Assembly: GCA_012295275.1 (NCBI GenBank)
Contig: CM022679.1
Location: 992,001 to 1,056,000, forward strand
DNA length: 64,000 bases
Direction: 5' to 3'
Source of the DNA: Chrysomallon squamiferum
Taxonomy: Eukaryota; Animalia; Mollusca
How positions within the stretch are numbered: the first letter of the stretch is position 1; each line of letters begins with the position of its first letter. Below, piece after piece: positions 35,050-51,306 of this stretch. The notes under the pieces are model-generated. The model was not told the DNA's origin. It saw only the letters and a program-made list of their open reading frames with translations, and did not search any database. The position numbers and the translations under genes are program-made.

Positions 35050-37209
35050 CCTATCTATCTATATATCTATATATATATGTCTTTATGTCTCTCTGTATAA
35101 TTGTGGATTTCACTCTCTGTCTGTCTGTGTGTCTGTCTATCTTCCTACATATATACGTACGCACATAAAGAGATTCGTACATTCGGAGATTCAGACAGAC
35201 AGACAGACACACAGATAGATCCACAGTTATACAAACAGTTATACATATGTATGTACCTATGTATGTAAGTATGTATGTATGTATGTACGTACGTACGTCT
35301 GTATGTCTCTATGTCACGTGTGTGTTTATGTGTCTGTTTCTGTTACAATTAAATCAAAGTATAGCTTACTACTGCTTTCACTGCGGCTAATCTTGCTACC
35401 CATTTTGTAGGATCGATGAGATTGTTGCTTAGAAATAAAACAAAATTATTCCGCCTTGAAACAGTTTTGTTGCTGTTGTTATTATTATTATTATTATTGT
35501 TGCTATTTTTATTATTACCGTTGTTGTTTTGTTATTGTTGTTGCGATTGTTGTTAGTTTTGTTGCTGTTTTTGTTATTATTATTACTGTTGTTATTACTG
35601 TTATTGTTGTTGTTATTATTATTTTTACAGTTATTGTTATTGTTGCTGTTGTTATTTTTAGTGTTGTTGTTGTTGTTGTTGTTAAGGGGATAGCGACAGA
35701 CTGTTGATATAAAGGAAAATATATTGTTATAGATATATAAAGTTTACGTAAGCTGGTACATGTTGCAGATAAGGTAAAAACACCTCATATAAAAGCAGTT
35801 AGCTGCTGTCAGGATCCATTGGTTGTTGATGACACCGCCACCGCAGTACACCAACGTAGTTCTCGTCGTTATCCACAGTACGTTTTTGTAAACAATTGTA
35901 CCCTTGAGTAAAACTATCCACGGGTCACTACCACGTGATATCTTCTCACCGCCGATTGTACGTCTGTGTATCCTTTGACTTTCTACAAACAGAATAAATA
36001 AATTAGTAAGTAAATAAATAAAATAAAATAAAATAAATAATAAAGTAAATAAATAAATAAATCAGTACATAAATAAATAAATAAAAAATAAATAAATAAA
36101 TAGATAAATAAGCGAAATAAAGTAAAAGAAAATATGAAAAAATAAAATAAAATAAGAAAAATAATTTATAAATTTAAGAAAAGTAAATAAATAAATACAA
36201 ATTTATTATTATTATAACAATAATAATAACGATAATAATAAGAAAAAATAATAAGAAGAAAGACAATGAAAAATAAAGAAAGTTAATGTGACTGCGGACA
36301 CAGAAAGGAAAATGTCTGATAAATCTGTCATCTGTTCATCTGTGGTTTGGCAGAAAGGTACACTGTGATATGACAATGTTAGAGAGATTAAAGGACGTTG
36401 ATAGGCTCTGATACACAACTTGCTCTCTTCTGAAGTGACTTGTTCAGTTAACTTCTGATTCAACACAGGGAATATTCATAGCCTTTTGTTTAACATGGCA
36501 GTCTTGAAATCTGATGAAAAGGGGTTGAATGGAATGCACGATTTCTTGCGAAAATGAAGGGGATGTCGACCGAGGGTGGCAGTATTATTACATTCAGTAA
36601 AACTAGTTCAGCTGGAGAAGGCTCAGGTATCACGTGACAGCAAATTGGACTCGACGTCTGGTTAGGTCTGCCACATACAGTGGAAATACCCCTGAACCAG
36701 TTGTTTCCTCACTGTCACTCGCCGCAAGACCTGAGTCTTACCAAGATGTATCAATTCACTGTCCAGCATCTCATACACATCAGATACACTTTGAGGTCAG
36801 TGCAATGTACATGAAGTCTACTCACTTCGTAACCCTTGACGTCATCTAGGGATCTTTTTAACCATGAATGTTTGTTTTCCTGAAACCGTCTTATGATCGT
36901 TTAGGATCTGCCATATTTTGTAAAATAGTGATTAAAATATATATATAAAAAGAAAATCAGAAACAAGATAAAAAGCTGGCTGCAGAAACAATTCATATCA
37001 ACATTGTTCTGTTTAATTAATTTGAATACAAATTTTTTTACATTGTCTCATTTATTATAATTGTAAATGTTTTCGTGGATTTAACTTTCTTCATTATGAC
37101 TATACTGTTCACACATATATATTTCTGCTATGTACATAAACAAACTGCATATTGCTGTATATCTACCTATCTATCACTGTCTCTGGCTACATATTTATCT
37201 TACAGTATA

Positions 37210-37240
<31 letters not shown>

Positions 37241-37426
37241 CTATCTATCTATCCATCCATCCATCCATCCATCCATCCATCCATCTATCTATCTATCTAT
37301 CTAATACAATAACGACATGTTATGTATATTAAAATGTACTTATTTGTTTGTACTTACAACAATGGACATTTTATTCTTACCTTTAAACTTTAGGAGACAA
37401 AATACAAGAAAAATATGAAAAAGCAT
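32433..37426 (-). CDS. Serine protease homolog P3: open frame but catalytic His57->Asn
   Basis: Exons 37426-37381, 35982-35784 (TAANC; AAC at 35800-35798), 35427-35370, 34709-34592, 34048-33887, 33462-33326 and 32591-32433. All splice sites and exon sizes conserved. Confidence 0.85.
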
Positions 37427-38575
37427 GGCACTGTTAAATATTCAGTATTATTATTTACATTTGTAAACCAACAAACGTATATGTGAAAATGAAGTGTAAT
37501 TTGTTAAATGGATGTCTCGCATGTAATTATTATAATATCTACAAGTATAATCAGCATGTAACAGACAGTTTAATTTGCATGCACAGACACTGCTTCCCGA
37601 GCTGTTGATATGAAAACAGAAACATGCAGCAAAATAGTCTGACATTTAACACATCACATGCACGTTCTCAAAGGTTATAGAAAATATATGCACGTTCAGA
37701 AAGGTTTTAGAAAATATTTGCACGTTCTCAAAGGTTTTAGAAAATATATGCACGTTCTCAAAGGCTATAGAAAATATATGCACGTTCTCAAAGGTTACAG
37801 AAAATATATGTTCACAAAGGTTGTACCAAATTTTTGGTACGTTCATAAAGGTTATACACATTATATGTATGTTCATAAAGGTTATACACATTATATGTAT
37901 GTTCACAAAGGTTATACACATTATATGTATGTTCATAAAGGTTATACACATTATATGTATGTTCATAAAGGTTATACACATTATATGTTGTTCATAAAGG
38001 TTATACACATTATATGTATGTTCACAAAGGTTCTACAAATCATATGTATGTTCACAACAGTTATAAAAATATTTTGTAGTTCACAAATGTTATACAAATT
38101 ATATGCACGTGCACAAAGGTTATACAAATTATGTGTATGTTCAGATAGGTTATACACATTATATGTATGTTCAGATAGGTTATACACATTATATGCACGT
38201 TCACAAAGATTATACAAACTATACACATATTACACCGTGTTACGCAAACGTTTAATACTTCACATTATCAAAGATTATAAAAAATAGTCACAAAACAATG
38301 TGCAAATTCTATAGTGAAGTAATCACACAACAATATGTAAAATCTGTACTGAAATAGTCACAAAACAATATGCAAATTCTGCAAAAAACAAAAAGTAAAA
38401 CAATAATATGTAAATTGTATACCGAATTTTCTTTTTCTTTCCTATTTCTGTTTCATTTCCTTAAGACATAGAATTGTTTGTACTGAAATATCACACATTA
38501 GTATATAGTTTTCGAACTGAAATTATAACAGCACTGAATATACCGAACGCTGAATGTGATAAGAAATCAATATAT

Positions 38576-38672
<97 letters not shown>

Positions 38673-39588
38673 GTCTGCGTTATATGCAGAATTGATACAA
38701 CACAATTATTCAGAATAATCACTTACGGTAGATGAAGGGTCTTTTAACAGAGATATTTTCTCCTGGCTAGTCAAACTGTAAACATACTTTCTGCAAGACA
38801 AATCTTCTGATTTGTGTGAAAGATAATGAGCATAACTACTTTAATATTTTCAATGGCACAGAATATAAATCACTTTCTTGTGTTTTCAGTAGCACTGGCT
38901 TGTTTACCACATTCGCCATAGTATTGCTATATTTGTAAATGTACGGATATTTATTATTATTATATTATTCATTTGTCATTTCCAAAATTGGATTTCAGAT
39001 TCAGTTGTGCGTTGATGTAAAGATGTGTTTAGTAAATGTATGATACATGTATTCCATATCTGAAACTATCGATGTTACGTTATTACAAAACTCTCCAACT
39101 TTTTGTTACAGGTGAATTCTACTTTCAGTTTCTAATTAATATTTTGACAGTGCCTCTATCAGTTTGTAATTAATCATTTTACACGGCTATTTTCAGTTTA
39201 TAATAAAAACATTGTCATGCTCGGAATCTTAAGTGTCAGCTAAAGTATGTCTGATTTTCTTCGTTGTATGTATATATGTGAGTGTGTATGTGTATGCGTG
39301 TGTGCGTGCTTGTGTGTGTGTGGTTATATATAAAATAGTTTAACCAGGAATTCTGTAAAGAAATATGTATCATTCTGTGTGTCATACAACAAATATTTAT
39401 GTGAACTGCCCGACGCACAAACTCCATATAAATGTATTTGGATATGGGTGTGTTTGCGTGTGTGTGTCTGTGTGTACATGTTTTTGTTTGTTTTGTTTTG
39501 TGTGTCTGTGCTGTGCATTGACGTTTTGTTTTCAGAATGTACTGAAGTGTATGCCAGAACACAAACATACAGACAGACACAAACACAG

Positions 39589-39639
<51 letters not shown>

Positions 39640-39753
39640 CAGGTATCCTATGTATCAGAATATGCATTACAAGTGCCTCTTTTCATTTAGAAATGTTTTT
39701 ATAATTTATTATCTCGTTGACACACATGACATTCTGTAGTGCAGACACAATGG

Positions 39754-39921
39754 TCAGTTGTAGATGTGTTTTTTTATCCACCGCAAGTACATGCTGACCC
39801 GGGTAAACACACCGGGGATGTCACCTGATCTGAGTTTACTGCTGAATGATACGATACCAGAAACAACGTGTTTGTCTTCCAATTTACACACCAGAGCACT
39901 ACCACTGTCTCCCTGATAGCA

Positions 39922-39955
<34 letters not shown>

Positions 39956-39956
39956 C

Positions 39957-40007
<51 letters not shown>

Positions 40008-40290
40008 TAGAACTATGACAGCAGTAATAGCAATAGCAACATAAACAATAAGAACAACAACAATAATAATGATAGGAATAGCAGCAGTAACACCAATATT
40101 AATACTAATGATAATAATAATGAGAATGATAATGACAACAATAAGAACAACAACAATAATAATAATAGTAACAGCAGCAGAACAACAATAACAAAAACAA
40201 TTGCAACAACAACAATAATAGCAACAATAACAACAACATTAATAATAATAATGATTATGATGATGATGACAATAATAATAATAATAAAAA

Positions 40291-40322
<32 letters not shown>

Positions 40323-40981
40323 TACTATTAATAATAATATTAATAGTGATAATAGCAATAATAATAATAATAATAATATAAATAATAGTAGTATTAGTAT
40401 TAGTATTAGCATTAGTAGCATTAGGAATAGTGGAGGTGGTAATGGTAGTACTAGTAGTAGCAGTAATGGTAGTTTAATATTGAGAACAACAAGAATAAAA
40501 ATAAATAAATAAACAGATAAATTTATCTAATCAACACCCAAAACAGTAGCAGCAACAGCAACAACAAAAACAACTACAACCACAACAACAACAGCAACAA
40601 CAACACGTGTTAACCCTTGGTTTGTTTTGCTCACCGGACAGACACCAATCCTTCTACTTTTGTATCCTGCGCAGAGTCTGTACGTCATTATCAATCCAAA
40701 AAATTTCTGACACAGAGTATTCCATCTCACTGGTATCTTTATCTTCCGAGCGGTCGGAGATGGAGCTCCCCCTATAATAATAAAAAAAAAATGTATTCAT
40801 TAACATTAGATATATTTAACAACAACAAGAAGAAACAAAAACAGAAGATAATAAAAAAAAAAACGCACAAAAGATCCCTAAACGAATCAAATAAATAGAA
40901 CTGAATAAATAAACAAAAACAGTGATGATGATAAATAAAAACCGTGTAAGATACATTCAAAAAGAAAAATTATCCATTATA

Positions 40982-41033
<52 letters not shown>

Positions 41034-42314
41034 CATTATTATAATTATTATTTCTTTTTTCAGCTTTTGTTGCTGTTGTTGCTTTTTAATTATATTATTT
41101 ATTTATTTATTTATTTTCATTTTTTTCAATATGTCTAAACTGCGTTGCTTACTTTCTAACTGTTATAAGTTTTAACACAAAAGATACAACTTACCTTCAG
41201 AGGTACATCCCCACCCGGTTATGTAGCATTTCGTGCAGGGTGGTGGGTAGTGTTTGAAGGGTGGCGGTAAATATAGTCTTTGGATATAGTGAAAGGTTTC
41301 ACCGGCTGGAACTTTCTCGCGAAGTTTGATGATTGCGATGTCGTGAGCGTATTTATCTGAATAATTATTTTACTTCTTACATTTCATTAGAAACAGTTTA
41401 CAGATATGTTTTACATTTTTATTCTCGTGTTTTAAAAATACAGGTACATGTCATTATGCATTGTCACTGAAGTAGGACCCCATTTAATGCATCTACATAG
41501 CTTGTCAATTTCTAAATGTTCTTTTCATTAATGATTAGCATTCTTATTATAGTCTATACCAGTTAACATATACTTTGATAGATAATACAGCAAATAGATG
41601 TACATTCACTCAGGTTTTACTAAATTATATGTCCGTTCACGAAGGTTATACTAAATTACATGTACGTACACAAAGAAAATAGGAAATTATCTGTATGTTA
41701 ACAAAGGTTGTACCAAACTATGTGTTCGTTTAGAAAGGTTATTATTGTAATAGTAGTTGTAGTTGTTATTACTAGTTATGAAGTATTTGCAATAGTACTG
41801 TAGTAAGAATGCTAGTAGTAGTAGTTATGACTTACAAGGCTTGTTGTACAGAGGGTGTGTTATAATCATTGCCACTCTGATATCCCACTGTTTCCATTCA
41901 TTCACGTCAAATATAGTACCAAGCATGTTGTATATTCGGTCAGAAAATGTTTCCTGATTGATAAACACTGTATTAAGAACTGTGTTACCTTTTTAAAACA
42001 TTTTAATATTTATAATAAACTGTTTCAGCTCGCGCTTGAAACGATATTCAAAACCAAATTTCTCTTTTGCTTTGTGGGATGTCTGTAACTATGTCTATTA
42101 GTCTATCTGTCTTTATTTGTGTAAGTATCTATCTACCTTCTATGTCTGTATCCATGTCTATCTTTATCTATTTAATATCTAATTGTTTGTCTGTATGTCT
42201 GTATGTCTTTATTTGTGTAAGTATCTATCTACCTTCTATGTCTGTATCCCTATCTATCTTTATCTATTTGATATCTGATTGTTTGTCTGTATGTCTGTCA
42301 GCCTAACTGCATAA

Positions 42315-42364
<50 letters not shown>

Positions 42365-44500
42365 ATATGTTTTTATGTCTCTCTGTATAACTGTGGATCT
42401 CACTGTCTGTCTGTCTGTGTGTCTATCTATCGTCATATATACTACATAGACCCGTACGCACATAAAGAGATTCGTATATTGATAAATACATAGACAGACA
42501 GACAGAGAGATCCACAGTTATACAGACAGATATACATATGTGTGTACCTATGCATGTAAGTATGTATGTATGTACGTACGTACGTCTGTATGTCTATATG
42601 TCACGTGTGTGTTTATGTGTCTGTTTCTGTTACAATTAAATCAAAGTATAGCTTACTACTGCTTTCACTGCGGCTAATCTTGCTACCCATTTTGTAGGAT
42701 CCATGAGATTTTTCCTTAGAAATAAAACAAAATTATTCCGCCTTGAAACAATTTTGTTGCTGTTGTTATTATTATTATTATTGTTGTTGCTATTTTTATT
42801 ATTACCGTTGTTGTTTTGTTATTGTTGTTGCTATTGTTGTTATTTTTGTTGCTGTTTTTGTTATTATTATTACTGTTGTTATTACTGTTATTGTTGTTGT
42901 TATTATTATTTTTACAGTTATTGTTATTGTTGCTGTTGTTATTTTTATTGTTGTTGTTGTTGTTGTTGTTAAGGAGATAGCGACAGACTGTTGATATAAA
43001 GGAAAATATATTGTTATAGATATATAAAGTTTATGTGTGCTGATACATGTTGCAGATAAGGTAAAAATGAGAACACCTCATATAAAAGCAGTGAGCTGCT
43101 GTCAGGATCCATTGGTTGTTGATGACACCGCCACCGCAGTACCACACCGTAGAACTCATCGTTATCCACAGTACGTTTTTGTAAACTGATGTACCCTTGA
43201 GTAAAACTATCCACGGGTCACTACCACGTGATATCTTCTCACCGCCGATTGTACGTCTGTGTATCCTTTGACTTTCTAGAAAATAAAAATAAAAAAAAAT
43301 AAATAAATTATTAAGTAAATAAATAAAATAAAATAAAATAAATAATAAAGTAAATAAATAAATAAATCAGTAAATAAATAAATAAATAAATAAATAGATA
43401 AATAAGCGAAATAAAGTAAAATAAAATATGAAAAAAAAATAAAATAAGAAAAATAATATAAATTTAAGAAAAGTAAATAAATAAATACAAATTAATTATT
43501 ATTATTATGACAATAATAATAACGATAATAATTAGAAAAAATAATAATAAGAAAGACCATGAAAAATAAAGAACGGTAATATGACTGTGGACACAGAAAG
43601 GAAAATGTCTGAAAAATCTGTCATCTGTTCATCTGTGGTTTGGCAGAAAGGTACACTGTGATATGACAATGTTGGAGAGATTAAAGGACGTTCATAGGCT
43701 CTGATACACAACTTGCTCTCTTCTGAAGTGACTTGTTCAGTTAACTTCTGATTCAACACAGGGAATATTCATAGCCTTTTGTTTAACATGGCAGTCTTGA
43801 AATCTGATGACAAGGGGATGAATGGAATGCACGAATGCGAAAATGAGGGGGATGTCGACCGAGGGTGGCAGTATTATTACATTCAGTAAAACTAGTTCAG
43901 CTGGAGAAGGCTCAGGTATCACGTGACAGCAAATTGGACTCGACGTCTGGTTAGGTCTGCCACATACAGTGGAGATGCCTCTGAACCAGTTGTTTCCTCA
44001 CTGTCACTCGCCGCAAGACCTGAGTCTTACCAAGACGTATCAATTCACTGTCCAGCATCTCATACACATCAGATACACTTTGAGGTCAGTGCAATGTACA
44101 TGAAGTCTACTCACTTCGTAACCCTGGACGTCATCTAGGGATCTTTTTAACCATGAATGTTTGTTTTCCTGAAACCGTCTTATGATCGTTTAGGATCTGC
44201 CATATTTTGTAAAACAGTGATTAAAATATAAAGAAAAAATCAAAAAGAAGGGAAAAAGCTGGCTGCAGAAACAATTCATATCAGCATTCTTCTGTTTAAT
44301 TAATTTGAATACAGAATTTGTTACATTGTCTCATTTATGATCATTGTAAATGTTTCCGTGGATTTAACTTTCCACATTATGAATATACTGTTCAAACATA
44401 CATATTTCTGCTATGTACATAAACAAACTGCATATTACTATTTCTGTCTGTCTATCTACCTATCTATCACTGTCTCTGTTTATATATTTATCTTACAGTA

Positions 44501-44570
<70 letters not shown>

Positions 44571-44693
44571 ATACAATAACGACATATTATGAATATTAAA
44601 ATGTACATATTTGTTTATACTTACAAGAATGGACATTTTTTTCTTACCTTTAATCTCTAGGAGACAAAATACAAGCAAAATATGAAAAAGCAT
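39754..44693 (-). CDS. Secreted S1-family serine protease P4, intact triad
   Basis: Exons 44693-44648, 43275-43077 (TAAHC), 42714-42657, 41953-41836, 41356-41195 (HDIA), 40771-40635 and 39912-39754 (GDSGSALVCKLEDK..IYN*). Confidence 0.9.
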
Positions 44694-45102
44694 GGCACTG
44701 TTAAATATTCAGTATGATTATTTACAGTTGTATACGAATAAACATATATTAGAAAATGAAGTATAATTTGTTAAATGAATATCTCGCATATAATTATTAT
44801 AATATCTACAAGTATAATCAGCATGTAACAGACAGTTTAATTTGCATGCACAGACACTGCTTCCCGAGCTGTTGTAATATAAAAAGAGAAACATGCAGTA
44901 AAATAGTCTGACATTTAACACATCACATTCACAAAGGTTTTAGAAAATATATGCACGTTCTCAAAGGTTATAGAAAATATATGCACGTTCAGAAAGGTTA
45001 TACAAATTATATATATGTTCAAGAATGTTATACCAAATGTTTTGTACGTTCATAAAGGTTATACACATTATATGTATGTTCACAAATGTTATACAGATTT
45101 TT

Positions 45103-45247
<145 letters not shown>

Positions 45248-46138
45248 GTTTGCGTTATATGCAGAATTGATACAACACAATTATTGAGAATAATCACTTA
45301 CGCCAGATGAAGTTTTTTTAACAGAGATATTTTCTCCTGGCTAGACAAATTGTAAATATACTTTCTGCAAGACAAATCTTCTGATTTGTGTGAAAGATAA
45401 TTTAGAACTACTTTAATATTTTCAATGGCACAGAATATAAATCACTTTCTTGTGTTTTCAGTAGCACTGGCTTGTTTACCACATTCGCCAGCAGTATTGC
45501 TATATTTGTAAATGTACGGATATTTATTATTATTATATTATTAATTTGTCATTTCCAAAATTGGATTTCAGATTCAGTTGTGCGTTCATGTAAAGATGTG
45601 TTTAGTAAATGTATGATACATGTATTCCATATCTGAAACTATCGATGTTACGTTATCACAAAATGCTCCAACTTCTTTGTTACAGGTGAATTCTACGTTC
45701 AGTTTGTAATTATTATTTTGACAGTGCCTCTATCAGTTTGTAATTAATCATTTTACTCGGCTATTTTCAATTTATAATAAAAACATTGTCATGCTCGGAA
45801 TCTTAAGTGTCAGCTAAAGTATGTCTGTTTTTTTTCTTCTTTGTGTGTATATATGTGTGTGTATGTGTGTGCGTGCTTGTGTATATAAAATAGTTTAACC
45901 AGGAATTCTGTAAAGAAATATGTGCCATTTTGTGTGTTATACAACAAATATTTATGTGAACTGTCCGACGCACAAACTCCATATAAATGTATTTGGATAT
46001 GGGTGTGTTTGCGTGTGTGTGTCTGTATGTGTATATGTTTGTGTTTCTGTTTGTTTGTTTTTGTGTGTCTGAGCTGTGCATTGATATCTAAGCAATAACG
46101 TTTTCGTTTCAGAATGTACTGAAGTGCATGCCAAAACA

Positions 46139-46178
<40 letters not shown>

Positions 46179-46292
46179 TAGGAATCCTTTGTATCAGAAT
46201 ATGCATTACAAGAGCCTCTTTTTATTTAGAAATGTTTTTATAATTTATTATCTCTTTGACACACATGACATTCTGTAGTGCAGACACAATGG

Positions 46293-46460
46293 TCAGTTGT
46301 AGATGTGTTTTTTTATCCACGGCAAGTACATGCTGACCCTGGAAAACACAGCGGGGATGTCACCTGATCTGAGTTTACTGCTGAATGATACGATACCAGA
46401 AACAACGTGTTTGCCTTCCACTTTACACACCAGAGCACTACCACTGTCTCCCTGATAGTA

Positions 46461-46494
<34 letters not shown>

Positions 46495-46548
46495 CAATAA
46501 TAATAATAATTATAATTATAATAATAATTACAATAGCAACAATAACAC

Positions 46549-46599
<51 letters not shown>

Positions 46600-46922
46600 T
46601 AGAACAACAACAAAAATAGGAATAGTAACAAAAACAATAACAACACCAACAATAATAATAACAGCAATGGCAACAGTAACACCAACATTAATAATAATGG
46701 TAATAATAATGCTGTTGATAATGACAACAATAAGAACAACAATAATATTAGTAACAGCAGCAGCACCAACATCAATAGCAACAACAGCAACAATAATAGC
46801 AACAATAACAACAAGATTTACAATAATAATAATAATAATAACAATAATGATAATGATGACGACAATAATAATAACAACAATAATACTACTACTATTACTA
46901 ATGGTTATAATAGTAATAATGA

Positions 46923-46953
<31 letters not shown>

Positions 46954-47062
46954 GCTACTACTACTAATAATAGTAGTAGTAGTAGTAGTATTAATGGTGG
47001 TAGTAATGGTAGTATTAGTAGTAGCAGTAATTGTAGTTATATATTAACAAGGACAACAACAA

Positions 47063-47111
<49 letters not shown>

Positions 47112-47702
47112 AATTATCTAAACTATACCAAAATAGCAGCAGCAACAATAACAACAACATAAACAACAGCAGCAAGAACGACAACAACAACAACAACAGC
47201 AACAACAAAACGTGTTAACCCTAGGTTTGTTTTGCTCACCGGACAGACACCAATCCTTCTATTTTTGTATCCTGCGCAGATTCTGTACGTCATCCTCTCG
47301 TTATGCACTTTCTGACACAGAGAATTCCATCTCACTGGTATCTTTATCTTCCGAGCGGTCGGAGATGGAGCTCCCCCTACAAAAAAGAAAGAAAAAAAAA
47401 AAAGAAAAAGAAAACAAAAAAAGAAATTTATTCATTTACCTTAAATATATTTAAAAACAACAAGAAGAAAGAAAAAGAGAAGAAAAAAATAAGAAAACCC
47501 CCACAAAAGAAGCCCTAAACGAATCAAATAAATACAATTGAATAAATAAACAAACAAAAACAACAAGAAAAAAATAGTAATAACTAACAATCTAATTAAC
47601 TCACTAATTAAATAAATAAATAAACAAACAAACAAACAAAGACGGTAATGATGATAATAAATAAACACCGCGTAAGTTAGAATAAAAAAATAATCCATTA
47701 TA

Positions 47703-47770
<68 letters not shown>

Positions 47771-49516
47771 TCTTTTTTTCTGCTTTTGTTGTTGCCTTTT
47801 TATTTATTTATTTATTTATTTTCATTTCTTTCAATGTGTCTAAACTGAGTTGCTTACTTTCTAACCGTTATAAGTTTTAACACAAAAGATACAACTTACC
47901 TTCAGAGGTACATCCCCACCCGGTTATGTAGCATTCCATGCAGGGTGGTGGGTAGTGTTTGAAGGGTGGCGGTAAATATAGTCTTTGGATATAGTGAAAG
48001 GTTTCACCGGCTGGAACTTTCTCGCGAAGTTTGACGATTGCGATGTCGTGAGCGTATTTATCTGAATAATTATTTTACTTCTTACATTTCATTAGAAACA
48101 GTTTACAGATATGTTTTACATTTTTATTCTCGTGTTTTAAAAATACAGGTACATGTCATTATGCATTGTCACTGAAGTAGGACCCCATTTAATGCATCTA
48201 CATAGCTTGTCAGTTTCTAAATGTTCTTTTCATTAATGATTAGTATTCTTATTATAGTCTATACCAGTTAACATATACCTTGATAGATAATACACCAAAT
48301 AGATGTACGTTCACAAAGGTTACAGTGAATTAATTATGTGTACATTTACATAGGTTTTACCAAATTATATGTCCGTTCACAAACGTTATACTCAGTAACA
48401 TGTACGTTGACAAAGAAAATAGGGAATTTGTGTACGTTCACAAAGATAATAATTTATGTGTATGTTCACAGAGGTTATTATTGTAATAGTAGTTGTAGTT
48501 GTTGTTACTAGTTATGAAGTATTGGCAATAGTACTGTGGTAAGAATGCCAGTAGTAGTAGTCGTGACTTACAAGGCTTGTTGTACAGATGATGTGATACA
48601 ATCATTGCCACTCTGATTTCCCACTGTTTCCATTCATTCACGTCAAATATAGTACCAAGCACGTTGTATATTCGGTCAGAAAATGTTGCCTGATTGATAA
48701 ACACTGTATTAAACACTGTGTTACCTTTTTAAAACATTTTAATATTTATAATGAACTGTTTCAACTCGCGCTTGTAACGATATTCAAAACCAGTTTTCTC
48801 TTCTGCTTTGTGGGCTATGTCTATATCTCTATCTATTAGTCTGTCTGTCTTTATTTGTGTAAGTATCTATCTATCTTCTGTGTCTGTATCCCTGTCTATC
48901 TTTATTTATTTATCTGTCTGTTTGTTTGTCTGTCTGTCCGCCTAACTGTATATATATCTCTCTCTATCTATATATATGTTTATATGTTTCTCTGTATAAC
49001 TGTGGATCTCTCTGTCTGTCTGTATGTGTATATATATATCTTCATGTACAAATCTGTGTATGTACGTACATATCTATGTACTATATATGTTTGTACATAT
49101 CTATGTACTATTTATGTTTGTACATATCTATGTATGTATGTATGCATGCAATATATGCATGTATGTATGTATGTACGTACGTACGTCTGTATGTCTGCAT
49201 GTCTGTATGTCACGTGTGTGTGTATGTGTCTGTTTCTGTTACAGTTAATTCAAAGTATAGCTTACTACTGCTTTCACTGCGGCTAATCTTGCTACCCATT
49301 TCGAAGGATCCATGAGTCCTTTGCTTACAAATAAAACAAAATTATTCCGCCTTGAAACAATTTTGTTGCTGTTGTTTTTATTGTTATTATTATTGTTGCT
49401 ATAGTTATTGTTACTATGGCTTTTGTTATTGCTATTGTTGTTATTATTGCTACTGTTCTTATTATTTTTTGCTATTTTTGTTTTTATTATTACTGTTGTT
49501 ATTACTATTATTGTTG

Positions 49517-49562
<46 letters not shown>

Positions 49563-51306
49563 TGTTGTTGTTGTTGTTGTTGTTAGTCAGATTGGGACAG
49601 TCTGTTGATATAAAGGAAAATATATTATTATAGATATATAAAGTTTATGTGTGCTGATACATGTTGCAGATAAGGTAAAAATGAGAACACCTCATATAAA
49701 AGCAGTGAGCTGCTGTCAGGATCCATTGGTTGTTGATGACACCGCCACCGCAGTACCACACACTAGACCTCGTCGTTATCCACAGCAGGTTTTGGTAGAC
49801 TACTGTACCCTTGAGTAAAACTATCCACGGGTCACTACCACGTGATATCTTCTCACCGCCGATTGTACGTCTGTGTATCCTTTGACTTTCTACAAACAAA
49901 ATAAATCAATAAGTAAGTAAGTAAGTAAATAAATCAATAAAATAAAATAAAATAAAATAAAATAATGAATGAATGAATGAATGAATGAATGAATGAATAA
50001 ATAAATAAATGAATAAATAAATGAAGTAAAATAAAATATGAAAAAAGAAAGAAAATAAGATAATTTAAAAATTTAAGAAAAGTAAATAAATAAATACAAA
50101 ATTAATTATTATAATTATGATAAAATAATAATTATAATAATAAAAAGATAATAATGATTAAAATAATAATAATAAAAAAGACAATGAAAAATAAAGAAAG
50201 TTAATGTGACTGTGGACACAGAAAGGAAAATGTCTGATAAATCTATCATTTGTTCATCTGTGGTTTGGCAGAAAGGTACACTGTAACATGACAATGTTAG
50301 AGAGATTAAAGGACGTTGATAGGCTCTGATACACAACTTGCTCTCTTCTGAAGTGACTTGTTCAGTTAACTTCTGATTCAACACAGGGAATATTCATAGC
50401 CTTTTGTTTAACATGGCAGTCTTGAAATCTGATGACAAGGGGATGAGTGGAATGCGAAAATGAGGGGATGTCGACCGAGGGTGGCAGTATTATTACAGTC
50501 AGTAAAACTAGTTCAGCTGGAGAAGGCTCAGGTATCACGTGACAGCAAATTGGACTCGACGTCTGGTTAGGTCTGCCACATACAGTGGAAATGCCTCTGA
50601 ACCAGTTGTTTCCTCACTGTCACTCGCCGCAAGACCTGAGTCTTACCAAGATGTATCAATTCACTGTCCAGCATCTCATACACATCAGATACACTTTGAG
50701 GTCAGTGCAATGTACATGAAGTCTATTCACTTCGTAACCCTGGACGTCATCTAGGGATCTTTTTAACCATGAATGTTTTGTTTTCCTGAAATCGTTTTAT
50801 GGTCCATTAGGATCTGCCATATTTTGTAAAATAGTGATTAAAATATATATATAAAAAGAAAATTAGAAACAAGATAAAAAGCTGGCTGCAGAAACAATTC
50901 ATATCAACATTCTTCTGTTTAATTAATTTGAATACAGAATTTTTTACATTGTCTCATTTATTATGATTGTAAATGCTTTCGTGGATTTAACTTTCTTCAT
51001 TATGTCTATACTGTTCACACATACATATTTCTGCTATGTACATAAACAAACTGCATATTGCTATATCTATGTATCTACCTATCTAATGACCTATCTCTCT
51101 CTCTATCTATACATTTATCTGACTATTTATCTCTATCTATCTATCTATCTATCAATCAATCTATTTGTCTATTTATCTATCTATTACAATAGAGACATAT
51201 TATGAATATTAAAATGTACATATTTTTTTATACGTACAACAATGGACATTTTATTCTTACCTTTAATCTTTAGGAGACAAAATACAAGCAAAATATGAAA
51301 AAGCAT
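46293..51306 (-). CDS. Secreted S1-family serine protease P5, intact triad
   Basis: Exons 51306-51261, 49889-49691 (TAAHC), 49323-49266, 48689-48572, 48061-47900 (HDIA), 47376-47240 and 46451-46293 (GDSGS). Confidence 0.9.

Noticed and set aside
46385-47047. Poly-N/I/L/Y, ER, HT and IYLF ORFs throughout the window
   Set aside because: Products of (AAT)n, (AG)n, (CA)n, (TATC)n and (TTTA)n microsatellites.
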